DNA of 64,000 bases from Candidatus Latescibacterota bacterium (lineage in GTDB: Bacteria; Latescibacterota; UBA2968; UBA8231): contig OZ244561.1 of the NCBI GenBank assembly GCA_965217585.1, forward strand, positions 288,001-352,000. The letters run 5' to 3'. Below, piece after piece: positions 18,340 through 27,377 of the stretch. How positions within the stretch are numbered: the first letter of the stretch is position 1; each line of letters opens with the position of its first letter. A program made the translations under genes and the position numbers. The notes beneath the pieces are model-generated. The model did not search any database, was not told the origin of the DNA, and saw only the letters and a program-made list of their open reading frames with translations.

Positions 18340-19104
18340 CTACTTCTGCCAAACTTGGCCGGTGCCATGGCGGTCCCAAATCCCCACCGCGCCGTTGCGC
18401 TGCTCATCGGCCCCCAAGAAGATGAGGTGGGTTCCATTGGCGGCATTGACGTGCAAACCGCCGTTGCCACCAGCACCGGCACCCGCGTAGATCAAGTTTT
18501 CGCCGGTGTGGCTATTGATCAACAGGCCGCCGTTTTGCGACGAATCAGCTCCAGCGAGGAAGATGTTGATGCCCGCGGCATTGTTGGCCATCAGCAGGCC
18601 GCTGCCTTCGTCTTCGCCTGCGGCGATTAGCAAATTGCCGGCCGCGCTCCGCAGGGCCAAGTGGCCGCTGCCGACCTCGCTCTCGCCTAGGTATGCCAAC
18701 TGCTCGCCCTTCGCACTGTACACCTGCAACGCACCCCCCTCTTGGTCGCTGCTTACAACCGAGACCAGCGGCGCGCCAGTAGCGGTATCGACCACGAGCA
18801 AGCCGTGGCCGGCTGCGTCGGTACTAAGGCTGACCCCGCCTTGGCCATTGCCGGCCCCCACCCACAAAGCGCCATTTTGGCGCTCATCGGCCGTGGCTAC
18901 GAACACGGGCTGCCCCTCGTCGTTGAGGATTTCAATGGCCCGGGCGCGGACCACATCGGCCCCGGATGCCGTGCTCATCAAGGCGGTACTCAGCGACGCG
19001 CTCAGCACAATGGCAATGTCGATTAGGGCTAGCGCAGCCAGCAGTGCCAAGAGGCGGTGACCAATGTATTGCTCCAAAGAAGCGTAGGGTTGGAAGTTGC
19101 TCAT
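18340..19104 (-). CDS. Membrane-anchored protein with about eight 22-24 aa Gly-rich beta repeats
   Basis: N-terminal TM helix, then repeats of the form G..L..LG.D...NG.L.(V/I). Confidence 0.65.
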   Translation of the reverse strand: MSNFQPYASLEQYIGHRLLALLAALALIDIAIVLSASLSTALMSTASGADVVRARAIEILNDEGQPVFVATADERQNGALWVGAGNGQGGVSLSTDAAGHGLLVVDTATGAPLVSVVSSDQEGGALQVYSAKGEQLAYLGESEVGSGHLALRSAAGNLLIAAGEDEGSGLLMANNAAGINIFLAGADSSQNGGLLINSHTGENLIYAGAGAGGNGGLHVNAANGTHLIFLGADEQRNGAVGIWDRHGTGQVWQK

Positions 19105-19161
19105 ACGTATCCTCGTAGTAAAAAGCGGTTTTTCGCCCATCGCATGGGCTTATCTGCATGG

Positions 19162-19202
19162 CAAACCTACACAAGGAGACACTCATGGCCAAGATCAAGG
19201 AA
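19162..19202 (+). repeat. Duplicate of the RBS and first 6 codons of the 21851 dehydratase gene
   Basis: 39/41 identical to 21828-21868. Confidence 0.9.
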
Positions 19203-19434
19203 TACGGACCAGCGAACAACCTAGGCGGAATATCAAATCAAGAGACACTGCAAATTCACTGAGGAGATTGCCATTGTGGCCCAAGCCGCCGACGGCCGGC
19301 GGTAGGCGGCGGCGATATCGAGGCGCAGACGCGCCAAGTTCCCCTGCGAGCGAGTGCAGAAGCCTGCGACTTGTTAGGCTCCTTTTGCGCGTCCTATATT
19401 GGGGTATTGGCTTGGCTCAACCGGATAGACCCCC

Positions 19435-21741
19435 ATGCGCAACGCCATCCTCGTAAGTGCCCTAGTGCTCGCCACGCCCCTCGCGGGCGACCAACTCCGC
19501 ATCGCCACCTCGAACGACTGGCGCCAATGGCAACTGCCCGGCGACGCCGTCAAGGTCGCACGCGGTACGCTCAAACCCTCCTTTGTCCGCCGCAATATCA
19601 ACGCTGCCGCCAACGCCTTTGACTTTGCCAGCGGCGGCATCCGCAACGTGGGCTCCAACCCCGGCGACGCCCTCAAGCTCATCGATGGCGACCTAGCCAC
19701 CTATTGGGCTCCCGATCCGACCGCTAGCGTCGAGGATTGGTGGATCGAAGTCGATCTGGGGCGCGTCGTATCGGCGCGCAAAATTGAGCTCCACTTCGCC
19801 TCCGACAGCACCCCGCTGGAGTTTTTCAAAATCTTTACCTCCGACGGCGAGCCTTTCTTCAGCAATGCCAATTCCATTCTCCCCGGCACGCTGCGCTACA
19901 ACAAGCGCTGGCGCTATAGCTTTAACCAAGCACCCATCATCGAGATTGACTACCAGCTTAAGCCGCTCAAGAATATCCGCATCGAGGCCGACCTGCCCAC
20001 GGAGAATATCCGCCTGAGCGAGGTGGTAGTCGAGAGCATCGGCGACAACCTTTCGCTGGGGATTTGGGGCCGGGGGGGCAGCGTCGAAATCATCTCTGAG
20101 GTCACCTCTAAGCTCGGCCGCACCCTCACCGAGTCGAAAGGGATCAGCAATACCCTCGTCGATGGCGATATTACCACCTATTGGGGGACGGTGCATCGCG
20201 GCGGCGCAGGCACGCAGCCCGAACAGCAGATCGGACAGTTCAAGATTGACCTAGGTGCGCTGTATTGGGTGGACAGGGTGCGAATGCTCGGTGATCCCAG
20301 TGGCATCGCGCCTTCGGCGTCGTGCGGCGATTGTGGCCGGCATCGTCAATTCAACTACCTCTGGTACCAATTCTTCACGTCGGACGGCTCCCAGGCACCG
20401 GATGGCTCGCTGAGTTGGGAGCTGTTGGGCGAATTGCCCTCGGATCGCCGCAACCTAACACAAGTCCGCCATTTCCAAGAGCACTTCCCATTGCGCAAGG
20501 TTCGCCACGTGCGGCTGATCTTCCCCATGTCCGAGGGCTTCGAAGCCTTTAACGGCCGCATCGGCACCACGGCCGAGTGGCAGGTCTTCGGCGAAGGCCA
20601 CCCGGCCGCCGTGATGGCGCGCTCGCCGATTTACGACCTGGGCTCCATACAGCATATTGCGGAAATAGGCTGGGCCATCGACGCACCGCCGCAGACGCGC
20701 GTCGAAATCCGCAGCCGCACCGGCAACCTCCTCGACGATCAGCACATCTTTTACGATAAAAACGGCAAGCAAGTCACCGAGAAGAAATACGACAAGCTGA
20801 TCCCCAGCTTCCGAGGGGCCATCGACACCATCCGCACCGCTGGGGCCGACTGGAGCAACTGGAGCCGGGCCTACGCGACCTCCGGTCAGGTCTTCCTCTC
20901 CCCCGGCCCTCGGCGCTACGTGCAGTTGGAAGTTCACCTCCGCTCCGAAGACCCTTCCGCCACCGCGACCTTAGACGATATCGTCCTCGAATTCAATAAC
21001 CCACTGGCCCAACAGACGCGCGCCGAAGTCTTTCCCATCGAGGTCTCCCCCGGCGAAATGAACCAATTTACCTACTATCTTCGCTCCGACTTCGTCTCGT
21101 CCAGCCGGGGCTTTGATCAGATCCAACTGGCCTCCACCGCTGGGGCCACCTTCCGCGCGCTGCGCCTCGCCGGCGAGCCGGTCGCCCCCACCGTCGAAGC
21201 GACCGCAAATGGCTTCAAGATCCTCCTCGCTGAGCCGGTGCGCCGCTCGACCCTAATCGAAATCGACTTCGAGAGCATCCTCTATCTCAACCAGACCCGC
21301 TTCGAAGCCTTTCTCTTCAACAGCGCCTTGTCGACCACCGCGCGTCAACAGGTTGACCCCGGCGACGCCGAGGCCGCCATTGCCAGCGACCGGACCTTTG
21401 TCTCCTTGCCCACCGACGGGCGACTCTTTGCGGCCCTCTCGCTATCGAACCGGGTCCTAACTCCCAATGGCGACGGTATCTCAGACCGGTTGCAAATTGA
21501 CCTCGACCTGTTCAAAGTACTCGACCCCCGACCGGTCATCATCGGCGTCTATAACTTGACTGGCCACCGGGTCGCCCTCATCAGCGACGCGGCCACCACG
21601 GCCGGGCACCAGACCTATCAATGGGACGGACGCGACAGCCAAGGTCGCACCGTCGCACCCGGCATCTACATCCTCCGCGTCACGGCCGAGGGCGACGCGC
21701 TGACCCGCAGCGCAAATCGCCTGATCTCGGTAGTCTACTAA
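19435..21741 (+). CDS. Secreted protein with discoidin-like modules and C-terminal FlgD Ig-like domain
   Basis: Signal peptide; shares YDKNGKQV.xK.YDKLIPSF, SP.PRRY.QL, VDPGDA, TPNGDG and WDGRD with the 15908 gene. Confidence 0.85.
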   Translation: MRNAILVSALVLATPLAGDQLRIATSNDWRQWQLPGDAVKVARGTLKPSFVRRNINAAANAFDFASGGIRNVGSNPGDALKLIDGDLATYWAPDPTASVEDWWIEVDLGRVVSARKIELHFASDSTPLEFFKIFTSDGEPFFSNANSILPGTLRYNKRWRYSFNQAPIIEIDYQLKPLKNIRIEADLPTENIRLSEVVVESIGDNLSLGIWGRGGSVEIISEVTSKLGRTLTESKGISNTLVDGDITTYWGTVHRGGAGTQPEQQIGQFKIDLGALYWVDRVRMLGDPSGIAPSASCGDCGRHRQFNYLWYQFFTSDGSQAPDGSLSWELLGELPSDRRNLTQVRHFQEHFPLRKVRHVRLIFPMSEGFEAFNGRIGTTAEWQVFGEGHPAAVMARSPIYDLGSIQHIAEIGWAIDAPPQTRVEIRSRTGNLLDDQHIFYDKNGKQVTEKKYDKLIPSFRGAIDTIRTAGADWSNWSRAYATSGQVFLSPGPRRYVQLEVHLRSEDPSATATLDDIVLEFNNPLAQQTRAEVFPIEVSPGEMNQFTYYLRSDFVSSSRGFDQIQLASTAGATFRALRLAGEPVAPTVEATANGFKILLAEPVRRSTLIEIDFESILYLNQTRFEAFLFNSALSTTARQQVDPGDAEAAIASDRTFVSLPTDGRLFAALSLSNRVLTPNGDGISDRLQIDLDLFKVLDPRPVIIGVYNLTGHRVALISDAATTAGHQTYQWDGRDSQGRTVAPGIYILRVTAEGDALTRSANRLISVVY

Positions 21742-21850
21742 TGGATAAGCTCTTTAGATGTTGAGGCTGACGCCTCCCTAGGCGCTGGGGACCCGACCCA
21801 CAGGACGCCGTTTTGGCGCTCTAATCTCAAACCCACACCAGGAGACACTC

Positions 21851-23059
21851 ATGGCCAAGATCAAGGAAGTCCGCTGCATCCGCACCCGCCCAAACGGCAC
21901 TTGGGTCATCGTCAAAATCATCACCGACCAGCCCGGCCTCTACGGCATCGGCTCGGCCAGCGAGCACAACCACGCCGCCACCGTCGCCACGGCCCTCGAA
22001 GAAAGCCTAGGACCGCTGCTGATTGGCCGCGAGGCCAGCCGCATCGAAGACATCTGGCAGTGCGTGTACAACAGCGGCTACTGGCGCAGCGGCTCCATCC
22101 TCAACGCCGCGCTAGGCGGCATCGACATGGCCCTGTGGGACATCAAGGGCAAGGAGGCCGGGATGCCCGTGTACGAACTGCTGGGCGGGGCCTGCCGCGC
22201 GGCGGTCCCCTGCTACGCCCACGCCGGCGGCGGCGACCACGAAGCGCTCGTCGATGACATCCAACGCTACATCGACGAGGGCTGGCCGGTAATCCGCTGC
22301 CAACTCGGCGGCTATGGCGGCGGCGGATTCGTGGAAAACGCGATCAAGCCGCGCAATGCCTGGTCGGCGGCACCGGCCTTTGACGACGAAGCTTATCTGG
22401 AAGCTATCCCCGCGATGTTCGAGTACCTGCGCAACAAGTTGGGTTTTGGCCCCAAGCTCACCCACGACGTCCACGAGCACCTCAAACCCCAAATCGCGGT
22501 GGCACTAGCCAAGCGATTGGAACCCTACCGGTTGTTTTTCCTCGAAGACGCGCTGGCGCCAGAGCAAATCGGCTGGTACCGGCTCATGCGCCAGCAATGC
22601 ACCACGCCGCAGGCCATGGGCGAGCTATTCGTCAATGTCCACGAATACCTGCCGCTGATCAGCGAACGCCTCATCGACTACGTCCGCGTGCGGGTGGCCA
22701 AAGGCGGCGGCATCACCCCCTGCCGCAAAATCGCCGCGCTCTGCGAATTCTACGGAGTGCAGACGGCTTGGCAGGAAGGCGGAGACAACGATCCGGTCAA
22801 CCAAGCGGCGGCCATGCATCTCGATATGTCGAGCTATAGCTTCGGGATCCAGGAGGAAAACGGTTTCAGTCCAGCAGAGCTAGAAGCGTTCCCCGGACAC
22901 GCGACCATGGAAGGGGGCTATATGTATCCCAACGATCAGCCGGGGTTGGGGGTTGATATCGACGAGGAAAAGGCGAAGAATCTGTTGGTCGGAGATCAGG
23001 TGCGCGCCTTTTACGCAGCCGAGGACCGCCGGGCCGACGGGAGCGTGGTGCGGCCTTAG
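21851..23059 (+). CDS. RspA/ManD-like sugar-acid dehydratase (enolase superfamily)
   Basis: YWRSG, DMALWDIKGK, HDVHE, FFLED, MGE, FGIQE, RRADGSVVRP. Confidence 0.88.
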   Translation: MAKIKEVRCIRTRPNGTWVIVKIITDQPGLYGIGSASEHNHAATVATALEESLGPLLIGREASRIEDIWQCVYNSGYWRSGSILNAALGGIDMALWDIKGKEAGMPVYELLGGACRAAVPCYAHAGGGDHEALVDDIQRYIDEGWPVIRCQLGGYGGGGFVENAIKPRNAWSAAPAFDDEAYLEAIPAMFEYLRNKLGFGPKLTHDVHEHLKPQIAVALAKRLEPYRLFFLEDALAPEQIGWYRLMRQQCTTPQAMGELFVNVHEYLPLISERLIDYVRVRVAKGGGITPCRKIAALCEFYGVQTAWQEGGDNDPVNQAAAMHLDMSSYSFGIQEENGFSPAELEAFPGHATMEGGYMYPNDQPGLGVDIDEEKAKNLLVGDQVRAFYAAEDRRADGSVVRP

Positions 23060-23088
23060 AGTCGAGGCCGGTGAAGTTCCTCTTTTAC

Positions 23089-24798
23089 TCAGCGGGCGAT
23101 CAGCATCGTCACCCTATGTGGCTCAACTCCCGGCGGCAGTCTCCGGGCCCCGTGAGCATCTCGTAGCGTGAACGGGTGATGCATGAGGATGTCCTGCTTG
23201 CCGTCCTTGTTGAGGTCCACCAGCCAAGTGTATTCCTCGTTGGGCATGGAGACCGCCACCTTCTGAGGCCGCCGGGCGAACAGGTCCGGCCCCGGCACGC
23301 CGACAAAGACGCGCAGTTCTTTCCGGCTCCTCCCCACCAGCAGGTCCGAGCGGCTGTCGCCGTTCACATCCCCGATCAGCACGGACGGCAAGAGCGCGGC
23401 TCTTTCCCCTGACTTGCCGAGAGAGTCCGTCTTGATCTTACGGGTGGCGTTGGGTTTGTCGGGGTAGATGCCGCCTTCCATGCGATAGAAGTCGAGATCC
23501 AGCGACACGGAACGAGTCAGCACCGCCCCGGCAATCATGCGGATGGTCTTGAAGAACCCGACCTTGATGGTTGTGAACATCATGTCGACCTGGCCGTCGT
23601 GGTCGAAGTCGTGCTGCCCCATCCCGCGCGGGACGCCGTCCGACTGGATCGCGGTGCCGACGTCCGGCGCGAACACGGTGCCGCCATCGGGTGTTGGCGT
23701 GCCGAAATACACCTCGTAGGTGGAGTGCGCACTCCACATGCTCCTGATCTCCAGCGAGAACACCACGAGGTCGGCGACGCCGTCGCCGTTCATGTCGGTT
23801 AGCGAGTGCAGCACCCGTCCCGTCATGTCTCCGGTCGGCATGTGATCTTTACGCCGCCGGCGAAGCCCCTGTGGAGCGGCGAGCGAGGCGGGGTCGTCGG
23901 AGTCGAATAACACATCGGTCGTAAAGGTCTTGGCCACGGGGGCAAACAGCCCGCGCTCGTCCTGGTGATGAACCTCAAAGTGGTCCGCGTTCCAGAACAC
24001 CAGGTCGCGGCGACCATCTCGGTTGTAGTCCATCTCGTGGACGCGGCCACCCTGAACCCAGGGTTTGTATCGATATCCCTCGTCCCCGTAGATACTACTC
24101 ATCTCGATGGAGGGGCCGACCTTCACCGGATCGGCGAACGCGCCGTCGCTCATCTGGATGAACACCCAGAAGCTATCGACATCCGGCACGACCAGATCGT
24201 CGCGCTCGTCGCCGTTCACGTCCCGCGTGACATCTACATGGGGGATTTCGCCGCGGCGAGGCGGATTGAAGTTGGAAGTCACCGCCACCAGTGCGCGTTC
24301 CGTCGCCGATTCGGGATCGAACCAGTTCAGGCGACCGGGCTCGTACGCAATCAACCGATCGCGTCCACCGATATTGGCCACATCGACGAACAACACTTCG
24401 GGACGCAGCGTTGCGTCGAATATGGGCACCCAGGTACCGTCGCCGAACGCGTAGATGCGCAAGCGGCGGTCGTCGTTGTCGTCGATGTTCACCACGGCAA
24501 GTTCCGCGATAGCACCACCGAGAAGAAATCCCGTCAAAACGGTCTGGCGTTTCGCGGAGCCGATGACGACCTCGTACTGCTCGAAGACAACTTCCCGCTC
24601 GAAAGTGGATTGGGCAGCGGCAGGAGTCGTGAAACACACACCGAATTCGATCGTAGGGAATTGCCCACTGGATTGGTTAAAACCGGATAAAACACCCACG
24701 CCCGTCTGGACGTAAAGGTCGTTCCCCTCTGCTGCGAAAAGGCTTCCGGGTACAACAAACCCAAGGAGATACATGAGTCGCTTTCTATTCGATCTCAT
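23089..24798 (-). CDS. FG-GAP/VCBS repeat protein (tandem paralog 1)
   Basis: Repeated DxNGDxxxDL motifs. Confidence 0.8.
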   Translation of the reverse strand: MRSNRKRLMYLLGFVVPGSLFAAEGNDLYVQTGVGVLSGFNQSSGQFPTIEFGVCFTTPAAAQSTFEREVVFEQYEVVIGSAKRQTVLTGFLLGGAIAELAVVNIDDNDDRRLRIYAFGDGTWVPIFDATLRPEVLFVDVANIGGRDRLIAYEPGRLNWFDPESATERALVAVTSNFNPPRRGEIPHVDVTRDVNGDERDDLVVPDVDSFWVFIQMSDGAFADPVKVGPSIEMSSIYGDEGYRYKPWVQGGRVHEMDYNRDGRRDLVFWNADHFEVHHQDERGLFAPVAKTFTTDVLFDSDDPASLAAPQGLRRRRKDHMPTGDMTGRVLHSLTDMNGDGVADLVVFSLEIRSMWSAHSTYEVYFGTPTPDGGTVFAPDVGTAIQSDGVPRGMGQHDFDHDGQVDMMFTTIKVGFFKTIRMIAGAVLTRSVSLDLDFYRMEGGIYPDKPNATRKIKTDSLGKSGERAALLPSVLIGDVNGDSRSDLLVGRSRKELRVFVGVPGPDLFARRPQKVAVSMPNEEYTWLVDLNKDGKQDILMHHPFTLRDAHGARRLPPGVEPHRVTMLIAR

Positions 24799-26410
24799 TG
24801 AATAAGTCCTCTTTTGCCCATCGGGCAATCAGCATCGTCACCCGCTGCGGCTCGGTTCCCAGCGGCAGTTTCCGGGCCCCGTGTGCATCTCGTAGCGTGA
24901 ACGGGTGATGCATGAGGATGTCCTGCTTGCCATCCTTGTTGAGGTCCACTAGCCAAGTGTATTCCTCGTCGTTGGGCATGGCGACCGCAACGTCCTGAGG
25001 CCGCTGGGAAAACAGGTCCGGCCCCGGCACGCCGACAAAGACGCCCAGGTGCCTAGGGTGCTGCCCGATGAGCAGGTCGGAGAGGCCGTCGCCGGTCACA
25101 TCCCCGATGAGCAAAGTCGAGTTGAACGCGCGCGGCCAACTCTTTTGTGTCCTTCGGCGTTCGTGCGTCGCCCCTCGAAGCACGATGTCCAAGGACACCG
25201 ACCCCGGCTCACGATGGCTGGGCACACCGTCCAACGCGATTCTGCGGATGGCGTCGGGTGTGTCGGGATAGCGGCCCCCTTCCAGGTGGTAGAACTCGAG
25301 ATCCAACCGGATGTCATCGCCCATGAACCCCTTGATGCTCTTCCAGAGGCTGCCTTCGAGGAAGTCGAGATCGATGGTTGTCAACATAAGGTCGACCTGG
25401 CCGTCGCGATCAAAGTCGTGTCGGCCCATCCCGAGTTGGATGCTGCCATCAGACTGGAACGTGGCATCGACCTCCAGCGCAAACACGGTGCCGCCATCGG
25501 CTGTTGGCGTACCGAAATGCACATCGAAAGCGGAACGCTTGCTGGAAATGCTCCGGCCCTCTAGCAAGAAAACCACTAGGTCTGCGACCCCGTCGCCGTT
25601 CAGGTCGCTTAACGAGTGCAGCACCTTCCCCGTCATATCTCCGGTGGCGAGTGAGGAAAGATTGTCAGAGTCGAATGCTACATCGGTCGTGAAGGTCTCC
25701 GCCTCCGGGGCAAACAGCCCACGCTCGTTCTGAAGATGAACCTCGAAGTGGTCCTCCTTCCAGAACACCAAATCGCGGCGGCCATCTCGGTTGTAGTCTA
25801 TCTCGTGGAAACGACTCTGAGACCAAGGGTTGTATCGATATCCGTCGGCTCCGTAGATCCTACTCATATCGGTGGAGGGACCGATCTTCACTGGATCGGC
25901 AAACGCGCCGTCGCTCATCTGGATGAACACCCAGAAGCCATCGACATCCGGCACGACCAAGTCGTCGCGCTCGTCGCCGTTCACGTCCCGCGTGACATCT
26001 ACATGGGGGATTTCACCTCTGCGAGGCGGATTAAAGTTGGCAGTCGCCGCCACCAGCGCGCGTTCCGTCACCGTCTCGGGATCGAACCAGTTCAGGTGGC
26101 CGGACTCGTACGCAATCAAGCGGTCGCGTCCGCCGATGTTAGCAACATCGACGAACAACACTTCGGGACGCAGCGTTGCGTCGAGCAGCGGAACCCAAGT
26201 GCTATCGCCGAACGCGTAGATGCGCAAGCGGCGGTCGTCGTTCTCGTCGACGTTCACCACGGCCAGTTCGGCCATAGCACCACCGAGCAGGAACCCCGTC
26301 AAAACGGTCTGGCGTTCCGCCGAGCCGATGACGACCTCGTACTGCTCGAAAGTGAATTCCGCAGCGGCAGGCGACGTGAAACTCGAGAGGAAAATTCCAA
26401 AAACCAGCAT
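24785..26410 (-). CDS. FG-GAP/VCBS repeat protein (tandem paralog 2)
   Basis: Signal peptide MLVFGIFLSSFTSPAAA; long near-identical DNA blocks shared with paralog 1. Confidence 0.82.
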   Translation of the reverse strand: MLVFGIFLSSFTSPAAAEFTFEQYEVVIGSAERQTVLTGFLLGGAMAELAVVNVDENDDRRLRIYAFGDSTWVPLLDATLRPEVLFVDVANIGGRDRLIAYESGHLNWFDPETVTERALVAATANFNPPRRGEIPHVDVTRDVNGDERDDLVVPDVDGFWVFIQMSDGAFADPVKIGPSTDMSRIYGADGYRYNPWSQSRFHEIDYNRDGRRDLVFWKEDHFEVHLQNERGLFAPEAETFTTDVAFDSDNLSSLATGDMTGKVLHSLSDLNGDGVADLVVFLLEGRSISSKRSAFDVHFGTPTADGGTVFALEVDATFQSDGSIQLGMGRHDFDRDGQVDLMLTTIDLDFLEGSLWKSIKGFMGDDIRLDLEFYHLEGGRYPDTPDAIRRIALDGVPSHREPGSVSLDIVLRGATHERRRTQKSWPRAFNSTLLIGDVTGDGLSDLLIGQHPRHLGVFVGVPGPDLFSQRPQDVAVAMPNDEEYTWLVDLNKDGKQDILMHHPFTLRDAHGARKLPLGTEPQRVTMLIARWAKEDLFNEIE

Positions 26411-26435
26411 GGAGATCAGGTTCCTCGTGCTGTTC

Positions 26436-27374
26436 CTAGGGCCGGACAGAGAAGCCGAAGGAATCCACTGCGGCAGAAGCAAACAGACCGATCCCGTTTT
26501 CGATGTGGAAAAGCGGCCGTTGAAAACTCTGGCCGGCCTCGCCGCTGCTCCGTTCCGCATCCACATTGTCGGTGCGAACCAAGTCGAACCAGTTCTGGTC
26601 AACGGCGAAGAGCTTGATTTTATGGCGCCCGGCATAGTAGATGCCATCCCAAGGCAGATAGAGTTCGCCACTTTCCAAACTCAACAGGGGCGAGGTCTCT
26701 ACACGCTCGAGTTCAAAGTCTTCAAAATCCTCAATCCATTCGTCGTCAAATAGCAGCGGGCTTTCATACTCTAGATTGGCTACGCGTACTTGGTAGGATG
26801 TGGCAGTGCCATCGCCGTGAAATTGGGCTTCTAGCACCCCCTTGTCGTACTCCAACTGGTTTTCCGCGGCCTGATAGACCTCGTCGCCGACCTCGGAAAA
26901 CAACCTCAGACGCCGCAGCTCGGTTTCTAAATCGTCCTCTAAAAGCCGCAACTCGTCAATGCGGATACGCGCTGGCGTCTGGGTTTGGGCGCGCACCTCT
27001 AACGCGTCTTCGGTGTTGACGCGCAACTCGTACCGGCGGCTAGGCTCAACCACCGGCGCGTCGTCCGGCGGCAGGTAGTGTCCGGTTCTGATCGGGTCGC
27101 GCCGGTATTTGAACACCGCGTCGCCGCGGTGGATGGAGACCGTGGCTCCCTCCAGCGCCGTGGCCACCGCCGAATAGGAACGACCGGGAGCTACCGTGCG
27201 CCGCAGGATGACAGGCGGCAGCGGCGCATCGACGATGAGGATGGCATCGACGACAATGAGGTCGGCCTCGCTAGGGCCAAACAGTTCGTCGGGGTCTCGG
27301 TCGGCTGCTAGCGGCCCGGGGGCCTTGCAGGACAGCAGCGGAAACAGTGCTAGGAGCAGTAGGTAGCGGTACAT
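26436..27374 (-). CDS. DUF4249-like lipoprotein
   Basis: Lipobox LLSC; C-terminal HIENGIGLFAS; directly downstream of a TonB receptor. Confidence 0.7.
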   Translation of the reverse strand: MYRYLLLLALFPLLSCKAPGPLAADRDPDELFGPSEADLIVVDAILIVDAPLPPVILRRTVAPGRSYSAVATALEGATVSIHRGDAVFKYRRDPIRTGHYLPPDDAPVVEPSRRYELRVNTEDALEVRAQTQTPARIRIDELRLLEDDLETELRRLRLFSEVGDEVYQAAENQLEYDKGVLEAQFHGDGTATSYQVRVANLEYESPLLFDDEWIEDFEDFELERVETSPLLSLESGELYLPWDGIYYAGRHKIKLFAVDQNWFDLVRTDNVDAERSSGEAGQSFQRPLFHIENGIGLFASAAVDSFGFSVRP

Positions 27375-27377
27375 AGC

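Noticed and set aside
23089-26410. DGR template/variable repeat pair
   Set aside because: Differences are not adenine-specific, both copies are full genes, and there is no reverse transcriptase.
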